A stretch of 64,000 nt of DNA from Oscillospiraceae bacterium. GTDB lineage: Bacteria; Bacillota; Clostridia; Oscillospirales; CAG-272. Shown piece by piece: positions 47,016 to 55,739 of the stretch (positions are counted from its first letter, which is position 1; each line of letters begins with the position of its first letter). The stretch is taken from NCBI GenBank assembly GCA_015063535.1, contig SVTY01000004.1, positions 58,343 through 122,342 on the forward strand. The letters run 5' to 3'. Below the pieces are notes generated by a model. That model worked only from the letters and a program-made list of their open reading frames with translations. It was not told the origin of the DNA and made no database searches. The position numbers were made by a program, and so were the translations under genes.

Positions 47016-48935
47016 TTATATTTCCTCATATAGCTCTAATAAACGCTCCTCTATGGCGTTTTTTCGGGTATCCAGCTCCGCCAAACGCACATAATCGGTG
47101 GCGGCATCTCCCACCATTTCCGTCTCAATGGCTTCCAATTCGTCCTCCAATTTTGCTGCCTCTGCCCGAAGCCGCTCCAAGCGGTTTCGTTGCTTGCGTG
47201 CCTCTGCCTGCTCCTGCTTGCTTTTCAGATATTGCTCCTTTTGAGATGAGGCTGTGGCAGGGACGGCTTCTGCTTCTGCCGTGACGGCGACACTTTGCCG
47301 TTGCCGTTCCCGACATAGCTCCTCATAGCCCTTACCCGCTTTTCCCACACGGATATCCGATATGCCACAGGAGGTGAAGTCCAGCAGGCGGGTCGCCAGC
47401 TTGTCGATAAAATATCGGTCGTGGGAGACTGCAATGACGGTTCCGTCAAACGCCGAAAGAGCCTCCTCCAATGCCTCCCGTGAGTCGATATCCAAGTGGT
47501 TGGTCGGCTCGTCCAGTACCAATAAATTCATATCGGACAGGATCAGCTTGGAAAGCGTCAGCCTTGCCCGTTCGCCGCCGCTCAGCTCTCCCACCGATTT
47601 GTACACATCCTCACCGAAAAAGCGGAACCGTGCCAAGGTGCTTCGGATCTCCAGCTCGGTCAGCAACGGATAGGCGTGCCAAAGCTCCTCCAAAACGGTG
47701 TTTTCAAGGGTCAGATTCTGGTTTTCCTGGTCGTAGTAGCCCACCGTCACGTTGTAACCCGCTTCAATATATCCGTAAGAGGGGCTCAGCCTTCCCAACA
47801 ACAGCTTCAATAGGGTGGATTTTCCGCATCCGTTGGGACCTGTCAGAAACAGCCGATCGCCTCGTTTTACCAAAAACGAAAGCCCCGAAAACAGCGGCTT
47901 GTCGGTATACCCGAAGCGGACATCCTTCACGGTCAGCACATCGTTTCCGCTGGTAATGGAGGAGGAAAACCGAATGCTGATGGGACGGAGCGCCTCCTTG
48001 GGGCGTTCCAGCTTCACCATTTTATCCAGCATCTTCTGTCGGCTTTCTGCGGCAATGATGTTCTTCTCCCGATTCCATGCCCGCTGTTGAGCGATATATG
48101 CCTCCTGTCGGGCGATCTCCCTCTGCTGATTTTTATAATGCCGCTCCTCGATCTCCCGATCGATCCGCCTTTGCTCCATGCTTTGGGTGTATCCGCCCCG
48201 ATAGAGCTTGCCCCGTCGAAATTCGATGCAAAGGGTCTTGTTGGTGATGCGGTCAAGAAAATATCGGTCGTGGGAGATGACCAGCACGCACTTTTTATAG
48301 GAAGCCAAAAAGCTCTCCAGCCAAAGCAGCGTCTCCATATCCAAATGGTTGGTCGGCTCGTCCAGCATCAGAATATCGGGCTCCCGACAAAGCTCTCGGG
48401 AAAGCGCCAAACGGGTTCGCTGTCCGCCGCTCAGAGAAGAGAAGGGACGGAGTTGAGCTTCCTCGTCAAAGCCCATTCGCTTCAGTGTCGATGCGCAACG
48501 GCTCCGAAATTCCAAGCCGCCCCGCTCAATAAATGCTTCATTCAAGGCGGTAAATTCCGCCGCACAGGAGCTTTTTTGATCGGCAGCTTCGGCAAGCTCG
48601 GCCTCCAAAGCCTTCAGTCTTTCTTCCATTGCCAAAAGCTCGGGAAAGGCACGGAGCATGATCTCCAAGGCGGTCGCCTCTCCGTCCTCCCCGTCCAAAT
48701 GGCGCAGGGCATCATCCTGTCGAAGAATGCCGACCGTCTTGTTTTTTGAAATATAAACGGCACCGCTGTCGGGCTCCTGTTCGCCGAGGATCATCCGAAA
48801 CAGTGTGGATTTTCCGCATCCGTTGGCGCCGATGATCCCCAACCGATCTCCCTCATCCAGCGAAAAGGTCACATCCTCCAACAGAGGCTTGCTTCCGAAG
48901 GAAAGGGAAAGGTGATCTACAGTTAAACAAATCAT
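47016..48935 (-). CDS. ABC-F family ATPase
   Basis: Two ABC cassettes (GANGCGKS/LSGGQ/LDEPTNHLD and GPNGCGKS/LSGGE), no TM, C-terminal coiled coil. Confidence 0.95.
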   Translation of the reverse strand: MICLTVDHLSLSFGSKPLLEDVTFSLDEGDRLGIIGANGCGKSTLFRMILGEQEPDSGAVYISKNKTVGILRQDDALRHLDGEDGEATALEIMLRAFPELLAMEERLKALEAELAEAADQKSSCAAEFTALNEAFIERGGLEFRSRCASTLKRMGFDEEAQLRPFSSLSGGQRTRLALSRELCREPDILMLDEPTNHLDMETLLWLESFLASYKKCVLVISHDRYFLDRITNKTLCIEFRRGKLYRGGYTQSMEQRRIDREIEERHYKNQQREIARQEAYIAQQRAWNREKNIIAAESRQKMLDKMVKLERPKEALRPISIRFSSSITSGNDVLTVKDVRFGYTDKPLFSGLSFLVKRGDRLFLTGPNGCGKSTLLKLLLGRLSPSYGYIEAGYNVTVGYYDQENQNLTLENTVLEELWHAYPLLTELEIRSTLARFRFFGEDVYKSVGELSGGERARLTLSKLILSDMNLLVLDEPTNHLDIDSREALEEALSAFDGTVIAVSHDRYFIDKLATRLLDFTSCGISDIRVGKAGKGYEELCRERQRQSVAVTAEAEAVPATASSQKEQYLKSKQEQAEARKQRNRLERLRAEAAKLEDELEAIETEMVGDAATDYVRLAELDTRKNAIEERLLELYEEI

Positions 48936-48948
48936 ACCGATATCCTTA

Positions 48949-49551
48949 TTATAGCTTGATCTTTACTTCTCGGGCAACGCCCAAAATGCGAGCCTCTCCC
49001 GATTCAAAATCGTCGGTGCTCAGACGGATCGGCTCATAGTCCTCATTTTCGGGAAACAGGTAAATGGCTTTTCCCGTGCGTCGAAAGCGCTTTACCGTTG
49101 CGCTGTCTCCGCCCACAAGACACGCCACGATCTCGCCGTCCTCCGCATACTGCTGCTTGTGAAAGAGAACCAAGGAGCCGTTTACCATACCGATGTTCTT
49201 CATGCTGTCGCCGCAGACCTTCAGATAGAAATATTCCTCCTCATTATCCACCTCGGCTTGCTCATAGCCCAACAGCGTTTCATTGGTAATGATGGGCGAG
49301 CCTGCACGGATCTCTCCGATGATGGGGAGCTTTTTCTTTGCCTTGGGGGCGGCTCTGTCGCCCACGCCCAACAGATCGTCCAGCGATATATCGAAATAGG
49401 CGGCGATCTTTCTCAGCTTTTCGGTTTTCGGGACCGAGCGACCGTTTTTCCAGTCGGTAAAGGTACTGGCGGGGATCCCTGTGGATTTTGCCACCCGATA
49501 CACGGTGGTCTGTCTCTCTTTGAGTAATTGTTCGAAAATTTGAAAGCTCAT
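48949..49551 (-). CDS. CI/LexA-like repressor (XRE HTH plus S24 peptidase)
   Basis: N-terminal XRE HTH, RAG cleavage site, GDSM catalytic Ser, TVKR catalytic Lys. Confidence 0.92.
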   Translation of the reverse strand: MSFQIFEQLLKERQTTVYRVAKSTGIPASTFTDWKNGRSVPKTEKLRKIAAYFDISLDDLLGVGDRAAPKAKKKLPIIGEIRAGSPIITNETLLGYEQAEVDNEEEYFYLKVCGDSMKNIGMVNGSLVLFHKQQYAEDGEIVACLVGGDSATVKRFRRTGKAIYLFPENEDYEPIRLSTDDFESGEARILGVAREVKIKL

Positions 49552-49675
49552 GAGATACCTCCTTGTGAAATACGACGAATATTTCGAAAATCCGAAATAA
49601 TACTTGACAACAGTTCGGAAATCCGATATAATAATAGCATAGTATTATTATATCTCAAAATTCTCGATTTGTCAA
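49531..49675. promoter_or_regulatory. Face-to-face promoter pair with three operator-like repeats
   Basis: + TTGACA 49604-49609, 17 bp, TATAAT 49627-49632; - TTGACA 49675-49670, 17 bp, TATAAT 49652-49647; repeats ttcgaaaatttgaa (49531), ttcgaaaatccgaa (49583), ttcggaaatccgat (49614). Confidence 0.8.
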
Positions 49676-49746
49676 GGAATTTCGCAGAATTTATCAAAAG
49701 TGCGGCAAAGGGGAAGGGAGAGAGAGGGAGGTGAGAAGGAAAACGG

Positions 49747-49890
49747 ATGTGTGAGCTTTGCCAAAAAATACGCTGTCCTGCGGCGTGTCCGGGCTATGAG
49801 CCGTCGAAGCGGAGCCGTGGGAGGTCGCCGAGACGTAGCATCTGCCGATATAGACGATGGCGGACGATAGACCGAACCAAAGAAAAATAA
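49747..49890 (+). CDS. Small Cys-rich phage-like peptide (47 aa)
   Basis: MCELCQKIRCPAACPGYEP...; RBS aagga. Confidence 0.5.
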   Translation: MCELCQKIRCPAACPGYEPSKRSRGRSPRRSICRYRRWRTIDRTKEK

Positions 49891-49961
49891 GGAATGAAAC
49901 GATACAGGAGACGATTCGAAGGAATCGGATCAAAGAAAGGGATACGCAAAGGAGGTGTGCT

Positions 49962-50369
49962 ATGCAAAAGGAATCGGTTTCTGAGACGGAAATCCGAATG
50001 ATGGACAACTATTTAAAGGGATATTGCCTCAACCGCAGACTGTTGCGGCTGAATCGGTATGAGCAAGAATATTTCGGTTGGCAAGCCACAGAGGAGGATC
50101 TTCCGGGGGAGGAGCCGCTGGCACGGGCGAGGATGTTTGAGATTCGTCATTTTATTACGGACATGAACAACAGCACGGAAAAGCTATTGCTTTACTATCA
50201 CTACATACGGGGCGAATCGGTGGAACGGTGCGGGGAGCTGTTGAATATTTCAAGGGCGGGGGCATACCGCCTCAAAAAGCGGGCGATCACCGCCGCCGTG
50301 CGGCACGCCAAGGAAAGCGAACGCCGAGTGCCGACAGAAGGGTCACAAAGCACCGAGGAAAGTGCATAA
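49962..50369 (+). CDS. ArpU/DUF1492-like transcription regulator (C-terminal sigma4-like HTH)
   Basis: RBS aaggagg; LLYYHYIRGESVERCGELLNISRAGAYRLKKRAI. Confidence 0.7.
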   Translation: MQKESVSETEIRMMDNYLKGYCLNRRLLRLNRYEQEYFGWQATEEDLPGEEPLARARMFEIRHFITDMNNSTEKLLLYYHYIRGESVERCGELLNISRAGAYRLKKRAITAAVRHAKESERRVPTEGSQSTEESA

Positions 50370-50425
50370 ACGTACAAAAGATAAAAAGCCCGCCACAGAG
50401 CGGTAGAGCCGAGTGGCGGGGAGCT

Positions 50426-50680
50426 TTATTGCATTTCAAGTGTTCCCAACAGCTCTTGGGGCTGTTGGTTCAGAACCTGACACAAGTACAGCAATTCAAT
50501 ATCGGTGATAAAGCGTTGCCCCGATTCCATACGCTGCACGGCGTTCTTATCCACATCCAAGCCTGCCAGCTGGAGACGGTCGGCAAGCTCCCGTTGGGAG
50601 ATCTTCAGTTCGGTGCGGAATTGTTTGAGCTTGACACCGCAAATATTGTTTCGTCCGCTTGGGGTTTTGTTGATAAACAT
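50426..50680 (-). CDS. XRE-family HTH regulator
   Basis: NNICGVKLKQFRTELKISQRELADRLQLAG...RMESGQRFITDIEL; RBS ggagg. Confidence 0.85.
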   Translation of the reverse strand: MFINKTPSGRNNICGVKLKQFRTELKISQRELADRLQLAGLDVDKNAVQRMESGQRFITDIELLYLCQVLNQQPQELLGTLEMQ

Positions 50681-50712
50681 GTTGATTCCTCCGATTTTTT
50701 GACATTCGGTGC

Positions 50713-50741
50713 TTGACAATGATATCATTATATAGTATAAT
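50713..50741 (+). promoter_or_regulatory. Sigma-A promoter of the LRR gene
   Basis: TTGACA, 17 bp, TATAAT; tgaca/tgtca half-sites nearby. Confidence 0.75.
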
Positions 50742-50805
50742 ATATCCATATATGACACTCAGTAAATGTCAAAAATCAATTTAAGAAACAAGTGAGGTAA
50801 TAAAA

Positions 50806-53508
50806 ATGAACTTTTGCCCGAACTGCGGTCAACCCATGCAAGGACGGTTTTGTCACAACTGCGGCTTTGACAGTGAAAAAGAGAAGAAAAAAATGACCCT
50901 TCCCGAGCCAATACTTCGAATTTGGAAAAAGGTTAAGGCAAACTGGAAGGACTATGTTACGATTGCCGTTACATGTGTGGCACTCCTTGCTTTTATAATT
51001 GCTTTGATCGTTGTTATTTCCAATAAATTCCGTTACAGGGTAGTAAAACAAATTACCTTCGATATGCAGAAGGAACAAGTGGAGGAGCTTTTGGGTGAGC
51101 CAGACGATATCTCCTCAGAGGAGGATACATGGTATTATTACGAAAAGAAATTCAACAAAAAATTTCAAAAGGCGGAGGCTCTGCTGAATTCCGAAAACGA
51201 ATCCGATTGGGAAAAGGGATTGGTTTTGTACGATGAACTGATGACCAAATATGAATCCGAAGATTCTTTTGCCTGTATCATGGTTCGCTTCGGAACCGAT
51301 GGCGTGATCGAGGTAATGCTGGACAAGGAGCATCATTATGTGGTGGATGAGGATTATTCCACCGAAGCAAAGGTATTGAAAAAAACCGAGCTGATGCTGG
51401 AATCCATTGAGTATAAGATACAGGTTGCCGCCGACGGAACCGAGCAGGGAACCCTTGCCACGAGTACAAGTAAGCTTGGCTACACGGCACGTTTTAAGGG
51501 TGGCAGCTATAGGATGAATTATACCCGTAATCCGAAATTTGAGCCGGATGAGAGTTATACCAATGTCACCGTGACATGGGAGGATGAGTGGAAAGAATAT
51601 ACTGCGACCAAATCGGCGACGGCAATATGTGATTATACGATAGAATCCGGCACGCTGGTTTCTTGGAAAAATCCACAGGGGGAGATCGTGATTCCCAACA
51701 AGGTTATACGGATCGGTGCAGAGGTATTTGAAAACTGTACGGAGATCACTAAAATTGTGATACCGCCGACGGTAACGGATATTGACTCAACTGCTTTTTC
51801 TGGATGTACCGGTATTACCGAAGCTATTATCCCTACGACCGCTATTAAATGTATTCCGAAGGATAATTTAAAATCGGTTACAATTAACGGTGGGAAAACA
51901 ATTGATGGGGGTGCATTTGACGATTGTGTAAAATTGACGAGCATTACGATACTCAACAGCGTGACGAAAATTGGCGGTTATGCCTTTGACGGTTGTACAG
52001 GCTTGACGAGTATCACAATACCCGACAGCGTGACGGAAATTGGCAATGGTGCATTTAGAGATTGTACGAGTTTGACGAGTATCACGATACCCGACGGCGT
52101 GACGGAAATTGGCTACAATGCCTTTAGCGGTTGTACGGGCTTGACGAGTATCACGATACCCGCTGGCGTGACAAAAATTGGCGAGCGTGCATTTTACGGT
52201 TGTACGAGCTTGACGAGTATCACGATACCCGACAGCGTGACGGAAATTAACTGGAGTGTATTTAGCGGTTGTACGAGCTTGACTAGTATCACGATACCTG
52301 ACAGCGTGACGGAAATTGGCGAGTATGCATTTAGCGATTGTAAGGGCTTGACGAGTATTACGATACCCGACAGCGTGACGTCAATTGGCGGTGGTGCATT
52401 TAGCGGTTGTACGAGTATTGTTGAAGCAACTATGCCCACCTCTGCCATTTCATCTGTTCCGAAAGATAATTTAACCTCGGTTACGATTAACGGTGGGGCA
52501 TCAATTGGCGGTTTTGCCTTTAGCGGTTGTACGGGCTTGACGAGTATCACGATACCCGACAGCGTGACGTCAATTGGCGATAGTGCATTTAGCGGTTGTA
52601 CGGGCTTGACGAGTATTACGATACCCGACAGCGTGACGGAAATTGGCGGTTTTGCCTTTGACGGTTGTACAGGCTTGACGAGTATAACAATTCCCGATAG
52701 TGTGACGGAAATTGGCAATGGTGCATTTAGAGATTGTACGAGTTTGACGAGTATCACGATACCCGACGGCGTGACGGAAATTGGCTACAATGCCTTTAGC
52801 GGTTGTACGGGCTTGACGAGTATTACGATACCCGACAGTGTGACGAGTATTGGTTCTTCTGCGTTCGAGGGTTGTACAAATCTTGTCTTTAATACATACG
52901 ATAAAGCAAAGTATTTGGGAAATGAAACCAACCCTTATTTTGTACTGGTGAAAGCAACCGATACCTCCATTACATCATGTACCATTCCTTCGAATATGAA
53001 GGTTATTTATGGTTCTGCATTTGAAGGTTGCACGAAATTGACGAGTATCACGATACCCGACAGCGTGACGGAAATTGGCAATGAAGCATTTAAATCTTGT
53101 AGGGGCTTGACGAGCATAACAATTCCCGACAGCGTGACGGAAATTGGCGGTTCTGCATTTGAAGGCTGTACGGGCTTGACGAGTATTACGATACCCGACA
53201 GCGTGACGGAAATTGGCGGTTCTGCATTTGAAGGATGTACGGGTTTGACGAGTATTACGATACCCGACAGCGTGACGGAAATTCTCAATAATGACTTTAA
53301 CAGTTGTACGAACTTGATGAGTATTACCATACCCGCTGGCGTGACAAGAATTGGAAGTTGGGCATTTTACCATTGTACGAGATTGACGAGTATTACCTTC
53401 CAAGGAACAAAGGCACAGTGGAATGCTGTTTTTAAGGAACAATATTGGGATTCCCGGACAGGCAACTATACCGTTCACTGTACCGACGGCGACATAGCAA
53501 AATCATAA
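50806..53508 (+). CDS. Membrane-anchored BspA-type leucine-rich repeat protein with N-terminal zinc ribbon
   Basis: CPNCG...FCHNCG, one TM, many 23-aa repeats CTGLTSITIPDSVTEIGxxAF. Confidence 0.92.
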   Translation: MNFCPNCGQPMQGRFCHNCGFDSEKEKKKMTLPEPILRIWKKVKANWKDYVTIAVTCVALLAFIIALIVVISNKFRYRVVKQITFDMQKEQVEELLGEPDDISSEEDTWYYYEKKFNKKFQKAEALLNSENESDWEKGLVLYDELMTKYESEDSFACIMVRFGTDGVIEVMLDKEHHYVVDEDYSTEAKVLKKTELMLESIEYKIQVAADGTEQGTLATSTSKLGYTARFKGGSYRMNYTRNPKFEPDESYTNVTVTWEDEWKEYTATKSATAICDYTIESGTLVSWKNPQGEIVIPNKVIRIGAEVFENCTEITKIVIPPTVTDIDSTAFSGCTGITEAIIPTTAIKCIPKDNLKSVTINGGKTIDGGAFDDCVKLTSITILNSVTKIGGYAFDGCTGLTSITIPDSVTEIGNGAFRDCTSLTSITIPDGVTEIGYNAFSGCTGLTSITIPAGVTKIGERAFYGCTSLTSITIPDSVTEINWSVFSGCTSLTSITIPDSVTEIGEYAFSDCKGLTSITIPDSVTSIGGGAFSGCTSIVEATMPTSAISSVPKDNLTSVTINGGASIGGFAFSGCTGLTSITIPDSVTSIGDSAFSGCTGLTSITIPDSVTEIGGFAFDGCTGLTSITIPDSVTEIGNGAFRDCTSLTSITIPDGVTEIGYNAFSGCTGLTSITIPDSVTSIGSSAFEGCTNLVFNTYDKAKYLGNETNPYFVLVKATDTSITSCTIPSNMKVIYGSAFEGCTKLTSITIPDSVTEIGNEAFKSCRGLTSITIPDSVTEIGGSAFEGCTGLTSITIPDSVTEIGGSAFEGCTGLTSITIPDSVTEILNNDFNSCTNLMSITIPAGVTRIGSWAFYHCTRLTSITFQGTKAQWNAVFKEQYWDSRTGNYTVHCTDGDIAKS
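51930..53400 (+). repeat. Coding tandem 69-bp LRR repeats
   Basis: Repeated ttgacgagtat(c/t)acgatacccgacagcgtgacggaaattggc units. Confidence 0.9.
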
Positions 53509-53514
53509 AATATT

Positions 53515-53862
53515 CCGCCCGACACATGCTTTTTTACGCAAATGAACGAAAAAAGCCTTCCCCAGCGGGGAGCATAGGTCGCAAGCGACCTTGTCGAATT
53601 TGCCGAAGGCAAATGTCGAGGGGACCACGAAGTGGGGGATGAGGAGAGCACCAAATGCAGGGTAGATTAAGGTGTTGGTATGCTTGTTTCTAAACAGAAA
53701 GATTCTTTCGAACTAAAATAAACGGTTCGATTCTGTATTTTCTTTTGTACCGCAGGCGATCTCCTCATCCGCCTCACATCCGTTCGGCACCTTCCCCGCT
53801 GGGGAAGGCTTAGCATGTAAGTGCGAACATAATCCTTTTTCGATAGACTGTACCGCCCGACA
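53515..53862. mobile_element. MITE/REP-like non-autonomous element
   Basis: 19-bp perfect inverted repeats aagccttccccagcgggga (53553-53571 / 53793-53811); inner IR ggatgaggaga/tctcctcatcc; 10-bp direct repeats ccgcccgaca at 53515 and 53853. Confidence 0.65.
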
Positions 53863-53878
53863 AAATCGGGCGGATCTT

Positions 53879-54460
53879 TTATGTCAAGGTCATTCCCGTC
53901 GGGATCCTCTCGCCCCGCAAAAACGCTTGATAAGCGGCGTCGCCGAACCAGTCAAGGCGGGCGCCTTCGATGTGTAAAATCCGAAGGGAAGCGTAATTGT
54001 AGGTAGAGAGAGGGCGATCCAGTGCATCATCCGACTGGGCGCACACCAAAATATCGTTGTCGGTAAAGCCGCTGATGAGAAGCGTGTGATAGAAAACACC
54101 CTCCGCATTGGCAAGCTGAACCACATCCCCCCGTTCGATCTGCCGAGAGGTGCGGGCATCGGTGGCGTAGGGCCCCACCTCTCCGTTGACCGCAACAAAA
54201 TCGGGATTCCCCGTCAGAAAGCGAAACAGCTCATTGACCCCCGACCAAGCAGGCGCGCGGTCATCGGCAGAGCGGTAGTACCAGCCGAAGGTCGGCGTGT
54301 AATTCATCACGCCGCAGCCGGCAAAGAGACATTGAGAGACAAAATTGGTGCAGTTGCCCCCCTGTCCCGTAAAATCAATAAACAAGGGATTGCGGGAAAG
54401 CGCCCATGCTCTGGCGTATTCCACGGCTCGGTCACGGTTGTAGGGAATTTCGATCAACAA
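53879..54460 (-). CDS. Amidase_6-like (putative amidase domain) protein
   Basis: YNRDRAVEYARAWA...GGNCTNFVSQCL...GDVVQL...HTLL; TTG start with RBS aaggagg; CATATACT (sporulation sigma -10-like) upstream. Confidence 0.8.
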   Translation of the reverse strand: MLIEIPYNRDRAVEYARAWALSRNPLFIDFTGQGGNCTNFVSQCLFAGCGVMNYTPTFGWYYRSADDRAPAWSGVNELFRFLTGNPDFVAVNGEVGPYATDARTSRQIERGDVVQLANAEGVFYHTLLISGFTDNDILVCAQSDDALDRPLSTYNYASLRILHIEGARLDWFGDAAYQAFLRGERIPTGMTLT

Positions 54461-54518
54461 AACGGGTTCCTCCTTGCAAGATTCGTATTCCAGTATATGC
54501 GAAAAATGCGTGCGGTGC

Positions 54519-54547
54519 TTGCGCTTTGCTCCGACTTGTGGTATAAT
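54519..54547 (+). promoter_or_regulatory. Sigma-A promoter
   Basis: TTGCGC, 17 bp, TGgTATAAT. Confidence 0.65.
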
Positions 54548-54595
54548 AGACATAGAACCGAAACAGTCGATCAAGAAAGAACGGAGGACGGAGCA

Positions 54596-55729
54596 ATGAA
54601 ATTGCTGCATACGGGAGACCTGCACTTGGACAGTGCCTTTTGCGGAACCGATTCCCTGCGGGCGGAGGACCGCCGAGAGGCACAGCGACAGGTGCTGATC
54701 CGAATTTTTGAATGTGCCGAACGGGAGGCATGCGACCTGATCCTGATTGCGGGAGATCTGTTTGACAGCGTGTGCGTAACACCCGAGACCGAGGAGCTGT
54801 GCCTGCGGCTCTTTCGTCGGTCTGCCTGTCCTGTCGTGATCGCCCCGGGCAACCATGACCCCTATACAAAAGGCTCCTTTTACCGTCGGGAGGATCTGCC
54901 CGAGCAGGTGTACGTGTTCAATTCGCCCGAGGTGCAGTGCTTTGAATTTCCCGACCTTGGCGTACGGGTATTCGGCTATGCCTTCCTTTCCGCCGTTCTG
55001 CAAAAAAGTCCGTTGGCGGGAGTAGCGCCGCCCGAGGCGAACGGTATGCGGAATCTGCTGTGCGCCCATGCCGATCTGTCCGATCCGCTGTCCCGCTCCT
55101 GTCCCCTGACCGTGGGAGATATCGTTCGCTTCGGCATTGACTATGCCGCCTTGGGACATATCCACAACCGGCGGCAGGAGGATTCCTTCGGCAATACCTG
55201 TATTCGCTATTGCGGCTTTGCCGAGGGGCGCAGCTTTGACGAGCTTGGCGACGGCGGCGTGCTGATCGTGACACTGGAGGAAGGACGGATGCCGTCAGTG
55301 GAGCGGCGGATCGTCTCCGAGCGTCGGTATGTGATCGCCGAGCTGGCGCTTGACGGATGCGCCGAGGCGCAGGAGGTCAGACAGAAGCTTAGCGAGGCGA
55401 TCTCCTCCATAGATGAGCCAAAGGGAACCAATCTGCGGCTGGAGCTTGTGGGTGCGGTGGACGCCGATTGCATCGGCGACCCCGAGACACTTTCCGCCGA
55501 GCTTCGGGGAGAGCTTGCCTCCTTGGAGCTTCGGAATATGACCGTTCCTACCGCCGATGGCGCTTATCTTGCCAAGGATCCCACTCTAAGAGGGGCGTTT
55601 TATCGGGAACTGCTTCCCGGACTTGTGGATGCCGATCCTAAGGTGCGTGCCAAAGCGGCACTTGCTCTGCAGATCGGACTTGCCGCCATGGAAAACCGAC
55701 GGATCCCCGGACAGCGGGATGAGGAATGA
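54596..55729 (+). CDS. Mre11/SbcD-like metallophosphoesterase (YhaO-like)
   Basis: HTGDLHLD, AGDLFD, PGNHD, ALGHIH. Confidence 0.92.
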   Translation: MKLLHTGDLHLDSAFCGTDSLRAEDRREAQRQVLIRIFECAEREACDLILIAGDLFDSVCVTPETEELCLRLFRRSACPVVIAPGNHDPYTKGSFYRREDLPEQVYVFNSPEVQCFEFPDLGVRVFGYAFLSAVLQKSPLAGVAPPEANGMRNLLCAHADLSDPLSRSCPLTVGDIVRFGIDYAALGHIHNRRQEDSFGNTCIRYCGFAEGRSFDELGDGGVLIVTLEEGRMPSVERRIVSERRYVIAELALDGCAEAQEVRQKLSEAISSIDEPKGTNLRLELVGAVDADCIGDPETLSAELRGELASLELRNMTVPTADGAYLAKDPTLRGAFYRELLPGLVDADPKVRAKAALALQIGLAAMENRRIPGQRDEE

Positions 55730-55739
55730 GGGGGACACG

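Noticed and set aside
51930-53400. CRISPR array or DGR target in the regular repeats
   Set aside because: Repeats are in-frame 23-codon LRR units without unique spacers; no cas or reverse transcriptase gene in the window; variation is not adenine-specific.
54086-55165. Apparent long overlap of the amidase-like and SbcD-like ORFs
   Set aside because: Both have better downstream starts with RBS (54460 minus, 54596 plus), making them ordinary divergent genes.
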